NCBI GenBank assembly: GCA_964036045.1
Contig: OZ038378.1
Span: forward strand, 159,030,001-159,094,000
Source: Eutreptiella sp. 'Long Island Sound 2002'
Taxonomy: Eukaryota > Protista > Euglenida
Direction: 5' to 3'
DNA: 64,000 nt
Below are positions 36,922 to 48,263 of this stretch, piece after piece. How positions within the stretch are numbered: the first letter of the stretch is position 1; each line of letters starts with the position of its first letter. The notes under the pieces are model-generated. The model saw nothing but the letters and a program-made list of their open reading frames with translations, was not told where the DNA came from and ran no database searches. Position numbers and translations under genes: made by a program.

Positions 36922-37353
36922 GTCTGTTGCAGGTGACAAAAAGTGTTCTGAGCACAAAAAGGGAATACATTAGTGAGTCTACTCAAAGGGGCCTAGGTGA
37001 GAAAGCGACACACATGCAAAAAGAAAACCACAAAAGCAGGCACAAAGCTTCACAAGGCACAAAGGGCAAACATTCATAAGCTTGAGTACAGTGTTCTCGA
37101 TGCAAGTTTGTAGGCAAAGCAGCCACCAAGGATCAAACTGGCGTTGCACATGTCAAAAGCAAAAGTCCAAATTCACAAAGGAGCACAAAGGGGAAGCAAT
37201 CATAAGCTTGAGCACAGTGTTCTCCATGCAGTTTTGTAGGCAAAGCAGACAAAGGGTAGACAAACATTAGCTTCAACGTGCTGTTCTCCATGGCATCTTG
37301 CAGGTAAGGTAGGCACCAAGCATCCAACCAAAATTCCACTGGGTTCGTGCTGA

Positions 37354-37495
37354 AAAATTTCTTCCGAGCTCCCCCGGCACGGTCGGCTGGGAAGCCCATG
37401 GAACATTCCTACCGATATCGGTTGCGTTTTGGGACCCGATCTGGCTGCCAAAACTTCCGAGCATCCTTCCAAGGGTTTTCGAAAACTTCCAAGCG
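37354..37495. repeat. Subterminal direct repeat, right copy
   Basis: Same orientation as 28256-28397, offset 9098 bp. Confidence 0.95.
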
Positions 37496-37615
37496 ACGGA
37501 CCGAAGCATATCACATGCACGTCGGTACAGATTTCCTAAAATTGCCACCGGTAACCGGACAATATTGGTCTCTCTTCCAATGTTCTATGCTGGGCACCGG
37601 TGGTACATGTGTCTA

Positions 37616-37900
37616 TCACAATGCTTTGCCCCGAAACGTCACCCCGTCCTCTAACCTAGGAACCCTAAGCACAAGCACATTGTATGACTGTTCGCAATCA
37701 AATAACTTCCCATTTTTTCGCCAAACAAATGGGACGATCACATGCACCCTACCCTTGTAGGCCCCATCATGGCCACCCAACTCAAAATCAAAGAATCCCC
37801 CTCGTGTGTGTGACCGACCACTCAAGTAGCCACACCGAAGAGTGGGAGTCCTTAACCACAACTCGAGGGGCCACACCAAAGCGTGGGAAACCTTTGCCCG
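37616..37900 (-). mobile_element. PIF/Harbinger transposase fragment (paralog of 8690-9190)
   Basis: FFDFELGGHDGAYKGRVHVIVP...CEQSYN. Carries a single copy of the unit that is a 48-bp tandem array at 9255. Confidence 0.6.
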
Positions 37901-38779
37901 GCACGCTCTCTTTGTCAATGTTGTGGGTATCAGCACACATAGCCAAACACATGCCAACAATGCCAATTTCAGCTATTGTGTTAACATGATGAGTTCCTTG
38001 AGGGGCCCCATGCTAGGCTAGGCACATCTAGAGCATGTTGCTAACATTGCGCAAACACCATATTCATAGTGCTGCACAATTTGGCAGTCGGGCCCAATCC
38101 ACAATGCTCGTCTATGTGCTCTCTAGTGTCCATGTGGCTCCTACTAGCACGGCACACAGCCCAATCATCCATCCAAGGTGAGCAGGGTGAGTGTGTAGTG
38201 TATGCCCCTTGCCACGCCCGTGTTGAGACACAATCTTGGTTTTGAACCTTTCCAACATCCCAACAAAAATGATAAATTCACCGCATGGGGCCATCACCAT
38301 GTTGAGTGGGGTGCCAAGCTCTCCCACACGCCATTCTCACCATATCCTTTGCACTTGAAGCTTTTGAGGCATTGCTCCATGGCTTGGCACGTCCACCCAT
38401 GGCAGGTGAACGTTCTTGCCTCCATGGTAGCAGTGGTGAGAAGACAATCTCCCTGGACCTACATAGTGGTGAGGGACTCCACGGCGCCATCATCACTACA
38501 TCTAAATCCCATGCATGATGGCTGTGACTAGCACTGTTTGGGCTGCAGCTGGACACCTGAGTTGGAAATGGCCGTGATTTTTGACATTGACCTCCGTGTA
38601 GGTGCATGCATGCGTGTGGGGGGTGGGGGGTACGGAGGCATGAGGGGAGTGTGCACAATCCATCATGATCCAACCTGGAGAGAGAGAGAGACAGAGAGAC
38701 TACGTTCATAGATGCACACACAGGGGTATTTCTGGTCCTGAGACGACTTTCCAATCACTGCCTGGCCTGTGTGCAGCAA

Positions 38780-39090
38780 GGGTTGCAGGGCTTTCAAAAC
38801 AAATCATGGGTTGACAACCGATTTGCTGTGCTCAAGGTCATTGGGCACAAGACTTGGATACTATCCCTGAACCACTTCCAGGACAACCGCTCCGCAGGGG
38901 AGGAAAACGTGCGGTGTATCATCAATATGCAGAGATGCAAGGAGCGAAACACGCTTGCGGTAACAGCCAGTCACGTACGGCTGCGTGCAGCCACGACGAC
39001 TTTCTATGTGTGCCTGTTTACGGCTGGGCTGTACTACAGGGTACAGCTAGGTCCTGCTGGTGGTGTGTATGTTGAAAGCACATGAGGGGA
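38780..39090 (+). pseudogene. Possible Ty3/gypsy integrase C-terminus/chromodomain remnant
   Basis: RFAVLKVIGHKTWILSL (~GPF-x-V...TY-x-L) and EENVRCII...FYVCLF. Weak. Confidence 0.3.
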
Positions 39091-40169
39091 AATGTGAGAT
39101 ATGCCCCTCATCATCGGACGCAGCCAATACTAAAGAGCTCTCCGATTGAGACGAAATCCTGTGTACAGCTACGTGCAGAGACAAAGTTTTGAGACCAGCT
39201 GTGAACAACTGGCACTTTTTTGGTGCAAGAGTATCACCTAAAAGCTGTGTACAACAGGGGGGATGGAATGGAATGGGGTCCCAATATGCTGAGCATTAAA
39301 GGAAGATTTGTCAGATTCCCAGAGCACTTGAGACTCACACAGAACACCGTGGAGTACGCACTGTCCAACAGGCCTCACGTTGCCATGGGATGGAGGCACG
39401 GTGGATGAATTGACCAGTATCTGCTACGATAACATCCTCCCATGTAGACGGGTGCACTCTTGCTCTTACAGTAACTGTTGTTGAGGTCTTCGTGCCCCAT
39501 GCTTTGCTCATTTGCTCGCTGTCTGACCCTCTCTGCCTCTTCACCAGACCAAAAATCCCCAGATGACCAGGGCTCGTGACCCTGCCAGGCTATGCTGAGA
39601 CAATGCCTCTTGGACAGTGACGGGACACGTCGTGCCGTGCACTTTTTTATCTGCCGGCCCCACAACCGGTTGGCATCAACTCCCCAAAAAATCGACTGCA
39701 CCCCCCAATCGGAGCCTAGTGTGACAATCTGGCACTGATTTCCCCCCCCAGCAGGGCAGACACAGACATTATCTGTCTCGTGAAGCAAACATCAACATCG
39801 CGTCACATAATGGAGCATGGACCCTGATCCCTATTGGAAGTAACAAGAGTACGCACTTGAGTGCTGTGCATGCAATGTGTTGAAGGGACAAAACCTAAAC
39901 TTTGGGTATATCTGGGGACCCATAGGGACCTGTAGTCCACAAAGCACGCCGTCCATTCGCCCGGGGCCAAGAAACTAAAACTAAAACATCCCACAAAACC
40001 CTGGCCCCTTGCTTCACACCACCGGTTCACGGTCCTCCTGCATCACCACAGGCCAGACCCCATGTCCTGTTCAGCAGGGGACCTGCCCACCTCCAATTCG
40101 TCTTCAAAGTTGCACTATCACCGCTGGGCTCTGAAGAAAATATGACTGGACAAGTTGGCCTGGCGGAGC

Positions 40170-40431
40170 TCAATTGCCGATTGGGTAATCGCTGTCTTGG
40201 GGCCCAATCTCCTCACTGTAATCCAGAAACGTTGGCATGGCCCGGGCGAGGTCTCGGTTCGCGTCGGCGTATGTCAGCAGGACATGAGCTTTTGCAGAGT
40301 CTGAGTAGTAGATTTCCCACACAATACCATCAATCGTGAAATGAAGAGAGCTCTTGATGGTTGGTTCATTTCCGTCGTCTGCAGCAATGGAACGATATCC
40401 ATCGAACTCCTTCGCCCCAACCTTCGAGGTC
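40170..40431 (-). CDS. Ttd14: Ttd14-like protein, terminal CYTH-like exon
   Basis: Acceptor ctttccccAG| at 40433-40432. KEFDGYRSIAADD...TIK...HFTIDGIVWEIYY...LLTYADANRDLARAMPTFLDYSEEI matches my recollection of the Ttd14 C-terminus (RDY...DD..TIYK..CF....F.LDIY...LLETY...MPKFL...EV). Confidence 0.65.
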
Positions 40432-40949
40432 CTGGGGAAAGGGTGTGTCACAGCGGGTGGGGCGTGCCCAGATTGGCCACGGGTTTCATTTGCATCCACA
40501 ATCTTGCGGGTGGGTGGGTGGGTGGGTGGGTGGTTGTAGGCCTGAGCATTCACGTGGGCGCGGGTGTGTGTGCGGGGTGCGGGGGGGGGGGGACTTCTGA
40601 GTTGCATGCCTCTGGTGGAGCTGGGGTCAACTGCCTGTGCAGCATTGTTACAACTCCTTGAAAAAGACAGCGTCTCCGTGCCTCCAACCTCCACAGCATT
40701 TGCTTGCACAGTTCCTTCCTGGATGTAGGGTCTACCTCTCTGCGTCCAGGTAGGTCCATGCCCAGCAATGTTGCCAGCCGAATGCTCTGAATTCTGTGTT
40801 CCTTCCCAGATAGCCTGTGTAAATGTTCATGGTTTCCTTGGTGTTCTGATTTTGTGTGCCAGCTAGCAATGACCCTACCCCCGGAGGGAGAGATTTGATG
40901 CCCCCCCCCCCCCCCACACTATGACCCCACCAACTGGGACCGAGGCATA

Positions 40950-43300
40950 CTTGGCATGGTTTGGGGTCGTGGATGTGAATGCTGGACTGCTCTTCAAGTT
41001 TTTCAGCTGCCGATCGGCCTCAGCCCCGGCCTGCGACAGTCTCCAGAAGTCATCAATTCTACTGAAAGGGTCCGCTGGGTTGTGGCTGGTGGGGACCCGG
41101 TGGACGTTGATGTTTATACTGCTCTGGCATTGGGGCCAAAACAGGCGCCAGTTTCCCGGTGACCAGTGCCCACTGACTGAGGGGGCGTTTTCGCACAGCG
41201 CCAATTATTACCAATTATTGCGGTGTTTATCCCGGGAACACCCCTGGAAACCACCCACCGACAGAAGCATGCATGATCAATTCAAAGCAGCATGGGGTGC
41301 AGAATCCAGGACCCTGGGACCCGTGGCAAGCATCAGGCTAGAAGGAAAAAATCCCTGGTGTACCAGCAGGGGCTGCAGGGTGCAGAATTCATGACCCTGG
41401 GTCCGATGGCTACCGGTGGTGGAAACCAGCCGACTTTTCGCACAGCGCAGGCACATCGCTCGGTGCGCCCCCTGAACAGCTGGTGGCGAGATACCTCAGT
41501 ATCAGTACAAATGCAGATGTGCTGAAATTTTCTGTATGCAGCGACCTTGGCCGCATGGTAGACAGTGAAAAGCTCCGCTTATTGGAGGGTACAGACCCAG
41601 TGGGGGCAGAGCTCGGAGCGGCACCCCCCTCGCTCACTGACTCCCCCCAGTCTGAGGGTGGACTTGCCAGTTGGCGCTGCATCTCCAAAAAGCGTGTGCC
41701 TCTGGCCGCGGAGGGGAGGGACTGTTTGTGGGATGCAGGCAAAGAGCAGGACAGCGGCAATGCCCTTGGCCGCGCCCTTACGGAAAATGTCTGACGAGGC
41801 ATGGAGGGACTTGTAGGCCTGGCTGAGAAAGGGGCTGAGACCAGCAGTGGGCCTGGCAAGCCAGCATAGCTGCCCAAGCAGGCGCTGCAGGCTCTTTTTG
41901 GCCCAGCCTGCTGATTGCCAGCGCTCAGAGGGGATGCGCACGGCGCCGTGGATGCCACAGGGGGCATTGCAAACCTCCCGGTTCTCAACCTCAATGTGCT
42001 TCCCAATGAAGGTGAGGCAAGGGGCATGCTCTCTGACGATCCATTGAACCCGGCTTTGCGCAAGCGGCGCCTGCCCCCCCCAACCCTGCACTGTGAGAAT
42101 CCTTTGCCATCCAGGGGGGAGCTAGATACTCCAGAATGCGGTTTGCTGATCAAGTGTGGCTATGTACAGCCAGCAACCTGCCCTTGTTGCGTGTTTGTCC
42201 CATCCAGGAGCAGAGCTCCTCCAAACCAGGGAGTTTGAAACACTTGGGCTTCCATGGGTCGAGTTTGTTTATGGGGGTGGCGTCCAGGATGCTCGCACGT
42301 TCTGTTGTCCTTTTGAGCCCTTTGGTAGTTGCGTGTAGCGAGCAGAGCATGATGTCCGGCGCCCTGATGCGGATCGACTGGGGGGTCGGTGCGCCTTACA
42401 CAACGCCTGTGCACGCCTAGGAGGTTTTTTGGGACCAGGTGGCCCCACAGTGGCTGAGAGACGCAATTGCTCCGCTTCCCACACCCCCCACCCGGCAATT
42501 TCTTCCGTGACATCGCTTTCTTCTTCTGAGGAGGAGGAGGAGTAGCCTTCATCATCCCTCTCCAGCCGTCGTGTGCCACTCTGTGCGGCACCTTGTGTTG
42601 CATCTCACCCCCTCCCACTGGCAGACTGTTCCGTGTGTCCCAGCAAAGGTTGCTGAGAAACCCTGTCACAGTCCCATCAACGCATTGCAAAACAAAAGGG
42701 GAGACGGGCATTCCACACTTCTCTATGACAACGTCACCCACGAGTTTCTGCTCCCGCACGTAGTAGCGGGTCTGCTCCAAGCTGGACACCGCACGCAGAA
42801 GGCCCACAGAGGACTCGATCTCTTCAATGATTTCCTCTGTGAACTCCACATCTTTTGGGAAACTCCGCTTGCACTGTTCAATATCCCCCTGGATATAGAA
42901 CTTGCGGGGCTGATTGGCAGCGGCCACTTGATTCAGCACGAATTGGACCTGCGCATAAGGCCAGGGGTTTGCAGAGGAGCGGGGTGGCGCAAGTCCGGCC
43001 AGTGTGCACAACGCCCTGCCCCTTGGTACTGGCCTGACGCTCGCTCCGTCGGCTTTGCGTCCCGAATGCCAGGACGGCGTGCCCCAAGCCCCTGTCTTTC
43101 GCAAACCTTTCCTGGCCCACCCCATTTCATATCTACAACGACCATGACTCACTGGCAGACAAACGGTCAGTGCGCACGAAATATCTTGAAGAGTTCCCCT
43201 GTTCAGACAAGCCACGTGCGCCGCCACGCACTTGGCTCCGGCCGCGCCTGCTTTCCACGACCTTCATCACCGATAATTCGTTGGATTCAGTATCATTGTG
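40950..43300 (-). mobile_element. Degenerate DIRS-like (YR-type) retroelement RT-RNase H, intronic
   Basis: ILDATPINKLDP..FKLP; LDQQTAFWSI; QGW; LTFIGKHI; LQRLLGQLCWLARP; LFGDAAPTG; AELFTVY; VHRVPTSHNPADPFSR. No tyrosine recombinase was found, so the clade is tentative. Confidence 0.65.
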
Positions 43301-43950
43301 CTTGACTTGTGCTTACTTGATGTATCCGCCGGGGTGGGCAGGCACTCTCCCTCCGCCTTCTTGTCTACTGCTTTCTCTACAGGGTTATGGGTTGTTGCAT
43401 GGATTCTATGTCCTCGTTGTGGCTCAACCGGCTCCGCTGCGCTCATGTGTCGCTGGCCCCAGTTGTCCCCCCAGCGGTCAGGGTCTGTTACTCCCCAGGT
43501 CAAGGGTTTCGTTGGGAGCTCCATGATGATCAGAGGTCAGCCGACATGCCCCACTATTTCCCTGCAGTTGTGGGGCCTTGGGTTCATGAACCCAGTGCCC
43601 AAAGGTGTGATGGAAGATTAGAGCCAAAGAGGGGGAAAAGGGTTCCGGTCACAGACCGTGCAATCGATTTGCAGAAAATTGCGAGAATTCATCTTGAAAA
43701 TCGCAGTTGTGAGACTGTTCCATGCAGCTCGAAACCAAATGCACAATCATTGGATTGCAAGACCCCAGAGATTTAGGGGTGTTGTCGGGTGGCAGACAAG
43801 TGGCAGATGTATGGGTTGATGTGGACAAAGTTCCCAGGATTACCAGCTGTACCACTGCACCCAGTTGCATTCCTCAAACCACGGCTGGGGCGTCAATTGG
43901 TTGTGCCCAAAACAGAAATTGATTTTGCGATGCAGGGAATAGGGGCATCC

Positions 43951-44954
43951 AGCTCATCGGAATGGAACGGCGGTGAGGCTCGGCGGTGGTGAGGCTTGGC
44001 CGAAAGTGAAGTAGCCAATGGCCGTGTCGGCCGGCCGAACCGCCGGGCGGCGGCCCGGCCGGCCTAGACCGCCACTGAGGATTTCGGCCGAAAATCCGGC
44101 CGACACCGCTGGGCGGCGGTTCGGCTGGCCGAACCGCCGGACGGTAGTCCCGCCGGCCGAACTGCCGGCTCGTTCTGATACACCCCCCACCCCATGTGCC
44201 TCTTGAAAAAGCAACCCCGCCCCCCCGTGGCCCCTTAAAGAACATGACTCCTGCAGTGGCCACAGACCGCCTTGTGTGTGCTCCGCCTTGTGGGTGCACC
44301 GCGTTATGTGTGTACCGCCTTGCCTGTGGCCCCTTAAATAACATGACTCCTGCGGTGGCCACAGACCGCCTTTTGTGTGTCCCGCCTTGTGTGTGCACCG
44401 CGTTATGTGTGTACCGCCTTGCCTCTGGCCCCCTAAATAACATGACTCCTGCGGTGGCCACAGACCGCCTTTTGTGTGTCCCGCCTTGTGTGTGCACCGC
44501 GTTATGTGTGTACCGCCTTGCCTCTGGCCCTTTAAATAACATGACTCCTGCGGTGGCCACAGACCGCCGTTTGTGTGTCCCGCCTTGTGTGTGCACCGCG
44601 TTATGTGTGTACCGCCTTGCCTCTGGCCCCCTAAATAACATGACTCCTGCGGTGGCCACAGACCGCCTTTTGTGTGTCCCGCCTTGTGTGTGCACGGCGT
44701 TATGTGTGTACCGCCTTGCCTCTGGCCCTTTAAATAACATGACTCCTGCGGTGGCCACAGACCGCCGTTTGTGTGTCCCGCCTTGTGTGTGCACCGCGTT
44801 ATGTGTGTACCGCCTTGCCTGTGGCCCCCTAAATAACATGACTCCTGCGCCGGCCGAATCGGCCGGCCGACACCGCCGCCGAGCCGAACCACCGTAACAT
44901 AACCGGCCGAGCCGAACCGCCGCCGAGGGTACCGCCGGTTCATTCCGTCCAGCC
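43951..44954. mobile_element. MULE-like MITE (1004 bp), GC-rich palindromic arms around a 99-bp array
   Basis: Exact 9-bp TSD GGGGCATCC at 43942-43950 and 44955-44963. Imperfect ~24-bp TIR. Confidence 0.75.
44241..44848. repeat. 99-bp tandem array, 6 full copies plus a partial
   Basis: aacatgactcc starts at 44241, 44340, 44439, 44538, 44637, 44736 and 44835. Confidence 0.97.
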
Positions 44955-45136
44955 GGGGCATCCAATCAATGCTTTCGTTTCCAGTTTCGTTTTTTGGTCT
45001 TCAAGAACACCATGACGTAGATATTTAGTGCATGAAAGCGTCACCTCTTTGGTGGGAGGGATAGGGGTCAGACCATTGAAAGAAGAGGGCGATGATTGCT
45101 GCAGAAGTTGTTTCTCATGGTCTTGCAGCAACTGCG

Positions 45137-45430
45137 TCAGTTGGTGTCAGAGGGGAATGCGCACGGCGCCGTGGATGCCACAGGGGGCATTGCAAACCTC
45201 CCAGTTCTCAACCTCAATGTGCTTGCTGATGAAGGTGAGGCAAGGGGCACGCTCTCTGACGCTCCATTGAACCCGGCTTTGCGCAAGCGGCCGCAGACAG
45301 CCTGCACTGCGCTCTTTGGGCGCCCTTTGGACCACGCTGCGAGCAGAATGTCGTCGATACATACCTCTGTTTTGCTTCTAAAATGTGATTGTATGGCACA
45401 TACCATTTGCCAGCTAGACACACACATGGA
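45137..45430 (-). pseudogene. Second DIRS-like RT fragment containing the (Y)xDD motif
   Basis: VCIDDILLAA...RLRKAGF. About 140 bp (45152-45293) is highly similar to 41931-42070. Confidence 0.65.
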
Positions 45431-45984
45431 CCTTCCTCTTCCATTTTGGTCGCACGAGGGGGAGCTAGCGGCTCATGTTAAATGAGAAGGGGTTTTCCTT
45501 GGCTCAATCAAGAGAAATAAGGGCAAACGTATGAAATCGAAGCAAAATGGGGTTGGACAAAATATGGACAGGTATGGCAAGCAAACATTGTGCACCATGG
45601 GGGAATTGGAGCATAATGGGTGCAGGTTCCTGGATTTCCACCATTTGTTTCCCTTTTCCCTCATGTTTTGGGGACCCTTCCCATTTCCCTCATTTTTTTG
45701 GGGGAGGATTTCAATGGGGTCGTCGCTCCCACGAGGGCCCTGAAAAAGCAGTATCTGGGTCTCCAACGTGGAAACTGAGGGCCATTCATGATGCCCGTAG
45801 GCGTCCAAGGGGCCGGCAGGATGGCTGTACTCATTCACACATCGCACTGCACTGGGTCCTCGGATATCTGCAAAACCCCCAGAGCCCCCCCGAAACAGGC
45901 CGGCCCAGGGAGGAGAGCGGACACGAAGAGGTCGCGCACCAGCGCGTTCCTGGGGTGAGAGGACCAGAAGCCGAGGAGGCACAC

Positions 45985-46057
45985 CACAGACTGCACTTTG
46001 CTCTGGAAAGTGGTGCACGTGTTGTCGAAGACGGCCAAATTGCGGTGCTGTTGCCAA
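45985..46057 (-). CDS. Ttd14: Ttd14-like protein, exon 5 (3' boundary uncertain)
   Basis: Acceptor ttctgcAG| at 46059-46058. The join gives KLKD-C-WQQHRNLAVFDNTCTTFQSKVQSV. It may read through toward 45841-45924 before the next splice. Confidence 0.7.
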
Positions 46058-46117
46058 CTGCAGAACAAACAACAAAGATGCACAATGTCATGCATTGCAG
46101 CCTGCGTTTTAGCAGCC

Positions 46118-46184
46118 CAATGGGAAAGCAATGGGAAGGCAATGGGAAGGCAATGGGAAGGCAATGGGAAGGCAATGGGAAAGC
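46118..46184. repeat. 11-bp tandem repeat (CAATGGGAAGG) x6
   Basis: Direct read. Confidence 0.9.
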
Positions 46185-46638
46185 TCCCTGTAAACCCGCC
46201 ATTGGGACCTGGGAACCATGAAGGATAACAGAGCGGTCAGGGAGCTGGGATTGCAGTGAGGCAGCAGCTGTCGGGAAAACTTTTCTATTGCTGCTGGTGG
46301 CGTTGCGGCTGATATTACCCGGCCTACAGCAACAACAGCGATTCCGAACAACTTCTGAAGTGTCTGCAGCTGTGGGCTTGCAATGCCCTGCCCTCAATAA
46401 AAAAAATGGACACCAAGAACACTTGGAGGGATGGAAATGTGGCAGGGGTCGCGCCATGCCATCGACAATCAACTTTCCTGAGACATGCTGCAACGCTCAG
46501 TGAGCTATGGCTGCGATTGTGGCGGATTCGCCTCTGTATGGCTGTTCACTGTCCCCATTCCCTTGACGATCGCCCCCATTCCCCCCCCAAAAGGGTGTAC
46601 GTACTCGTGAAGTACTCATGCAAACACATCGGCCACAC

Positions 46639-46767
46639 CAGTCCTTGAGCTTCCTGTCCACCTTCACGGCTTCCTCTGGGTTCTCCCTGCGGGCGGCATT
46701 GTTGTCTTTGGTGTAGAACTCCTCGGCCCCATCCGCCGCGGTCACCATGAACGCCACCGCATCGTAT
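46639..46767 (-). CDS. Ttd14: Ttd14-like protein, exon 4
   Basis: ttccAG|A-TAC...; RYDAVAFMVTAADGAEEFYTKDNNAARRENPEEAVKVDRKLKD; donor gtgtgg. Confidence 0.85.
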
Positions 46768-47144
46768 CTGGAAGCAGCAACCAACCCGTGCTTCCAACAT
46801 GATGCGCACTGACACACAACCACGTCACAAACGGGCACAACAAATGAATGCAAAAAAATTCGCCTGTCTCACAGGCAGGGGGCAGCGGACGCGGGGCGGG
46901 TGCTCCTGACCTCCGACGCCACCGTGGTGCAACGTAATGCTGGCCAATGAATGCCGAACAGTCGAACCAAACAGAGCAGGGATGGCTCGTGTTCCTATGG
47001 TCGGGAAGCTGTGAATCGGTGTGCTAGGGGCTTCTGCAGGGTCCACTTGAACTGCGAACCGATCCACCCATGTCCAACGCACATGAAACTAACAAAAAAA
47101 AGGCGATTGAGACGCTTACTTATGACGTACCATGCGCCCTGCGT

Positions 47145-47190
<46 letters not shown>
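47145..47190. repeat. (CA)n microsatellite
   Basis: Direct read. Confidence 0.95.
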
Positions 47191-47191
<1 letters not shown>

Positions 47192-47945
47192 TGCAGTATA
47201 CAATACAGTACAATACAAACAGTGTGTACACTTGGAGTATTTGCCAGAGCAATCTTCAGATCCTGCAGCGCAAACTGCAGCGCAGACCAGGACCAGACAC
47301 TAACAACCGCAACACACAGCAACACACAGACAGGACACATTCAGCGACTGGTGCTCGGGGCTCACTGCAGCCTGGGTTCATCCCAGTCATCCCTCTCCAT
47401 CAGCGAGCACCTTCGTGTGACGCCTCACTGACATCGCTAACTTCTTGGAGACACACAAACACAGACTGAAATAGAACTTTCAGGCCCAGACATGAAACAT
47501 CAGCAAGATCCAAGACAATCTGAAAAATTCACAGCAAGCGGTGATGCACAACCACGAGATGTTGAAGAAAATGACCCGGCAATTCTCCACATGTATTAGA
47601 CTTCAGGGGGCACGGAAACCCTTTGAGGCTCAGCGTGGTCCTACACTTACCCACACCACCTCAACAGACGCAGCTTCCGTGCTGGTTCTGGACGAATTCG
47701 AACCACAACAGGTTTCGGCCACGCGGCGGGCGCTCCTTTACACTGTGGGCGAGCGGCCCGTGAGAGAAAACAAGAGGGGGGGGAAGGAAGACGAGACGAG
47801 AGAAAAAAGAAAATTCCTCTGCCGCCCTGCCTCAAGACTAATGGGTGAACGAAGGCACGGTGCATCCGAACGCCGCGGTCTCTGTCCCGCACCCCCCGTT
47901 CACGCCAAGATACACCCAAACCTTGGCCCCCAAGAGCCCACGCAC

Positions 47946-48130
47946 CTGGCGAGCATCCGGCTCTCGTTCATCCACAACTTCTTCTGCACGATGTCCCACA
48001 CTTTGGGGGTACAATAGGCTTTGCCATCCATCAGCCCCCGGTCGCAGATCACCACGCAGGGCTTCTCGGTCACGCCGCACAGTCTCAGAAAGCTGTCCTC
48101 TTGGGCGATCTGCAGCTTCGTGAGCTCGCT
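47946..48130 (-). CDS. Ttd14: Ttd14-like protein, exon 3
   Basis: ctgcAG|SELTKLQIAQEDSF...VVICDRGLMDGKAY (the DRG motif of AAA_28/NadR-like kinases); phase-2 donor gtgcgt. Confidence 0.88.
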
Positions 48131-48263
48131 CTGCAGCAGAGCACACATTTGACGGCAGGTGTCGTTGGGTGCAGACTTCGTTTATAAGGGGCTGGGGGTT
48201 TTTGGGATTTTTAGGCACCCACCCACCCAAGACCAAGCCACCCACCCAGACCCCCCCCGACCC

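Larger units (their letters stand above)
28129..37594 (-). mobile_element. CACTA/EnSpm (CMC)-like DNA transposon, about 9.47 kb, with cargo ORFs and an internal satellite
   Basis: TIR CACAGCATAGAA / TTCTATGCTGGG (11/12). Possible 2-bp TSD: AC|AC if the ends are 28128/37595, or CG|CA. Subterminal CTTCC[GA]AG motifs at both ends. Carries a CMC-type transposase. Confidence 0.7.

Noticed and set aside
43874-44965. 363/335/233-aa ORFs
   Set aside because: They are translations of the 99-bp array inside a TSD-flanked MITE, with no recognisable domain.
45835-45867. TGA at 45835 as the definitive end of the Ttd14-like gene
   Set aside because: A CYTH-like exon with a good acceptor exists at 40170-40431, and a GTGTGA donor at 45840 would bypass this stop.
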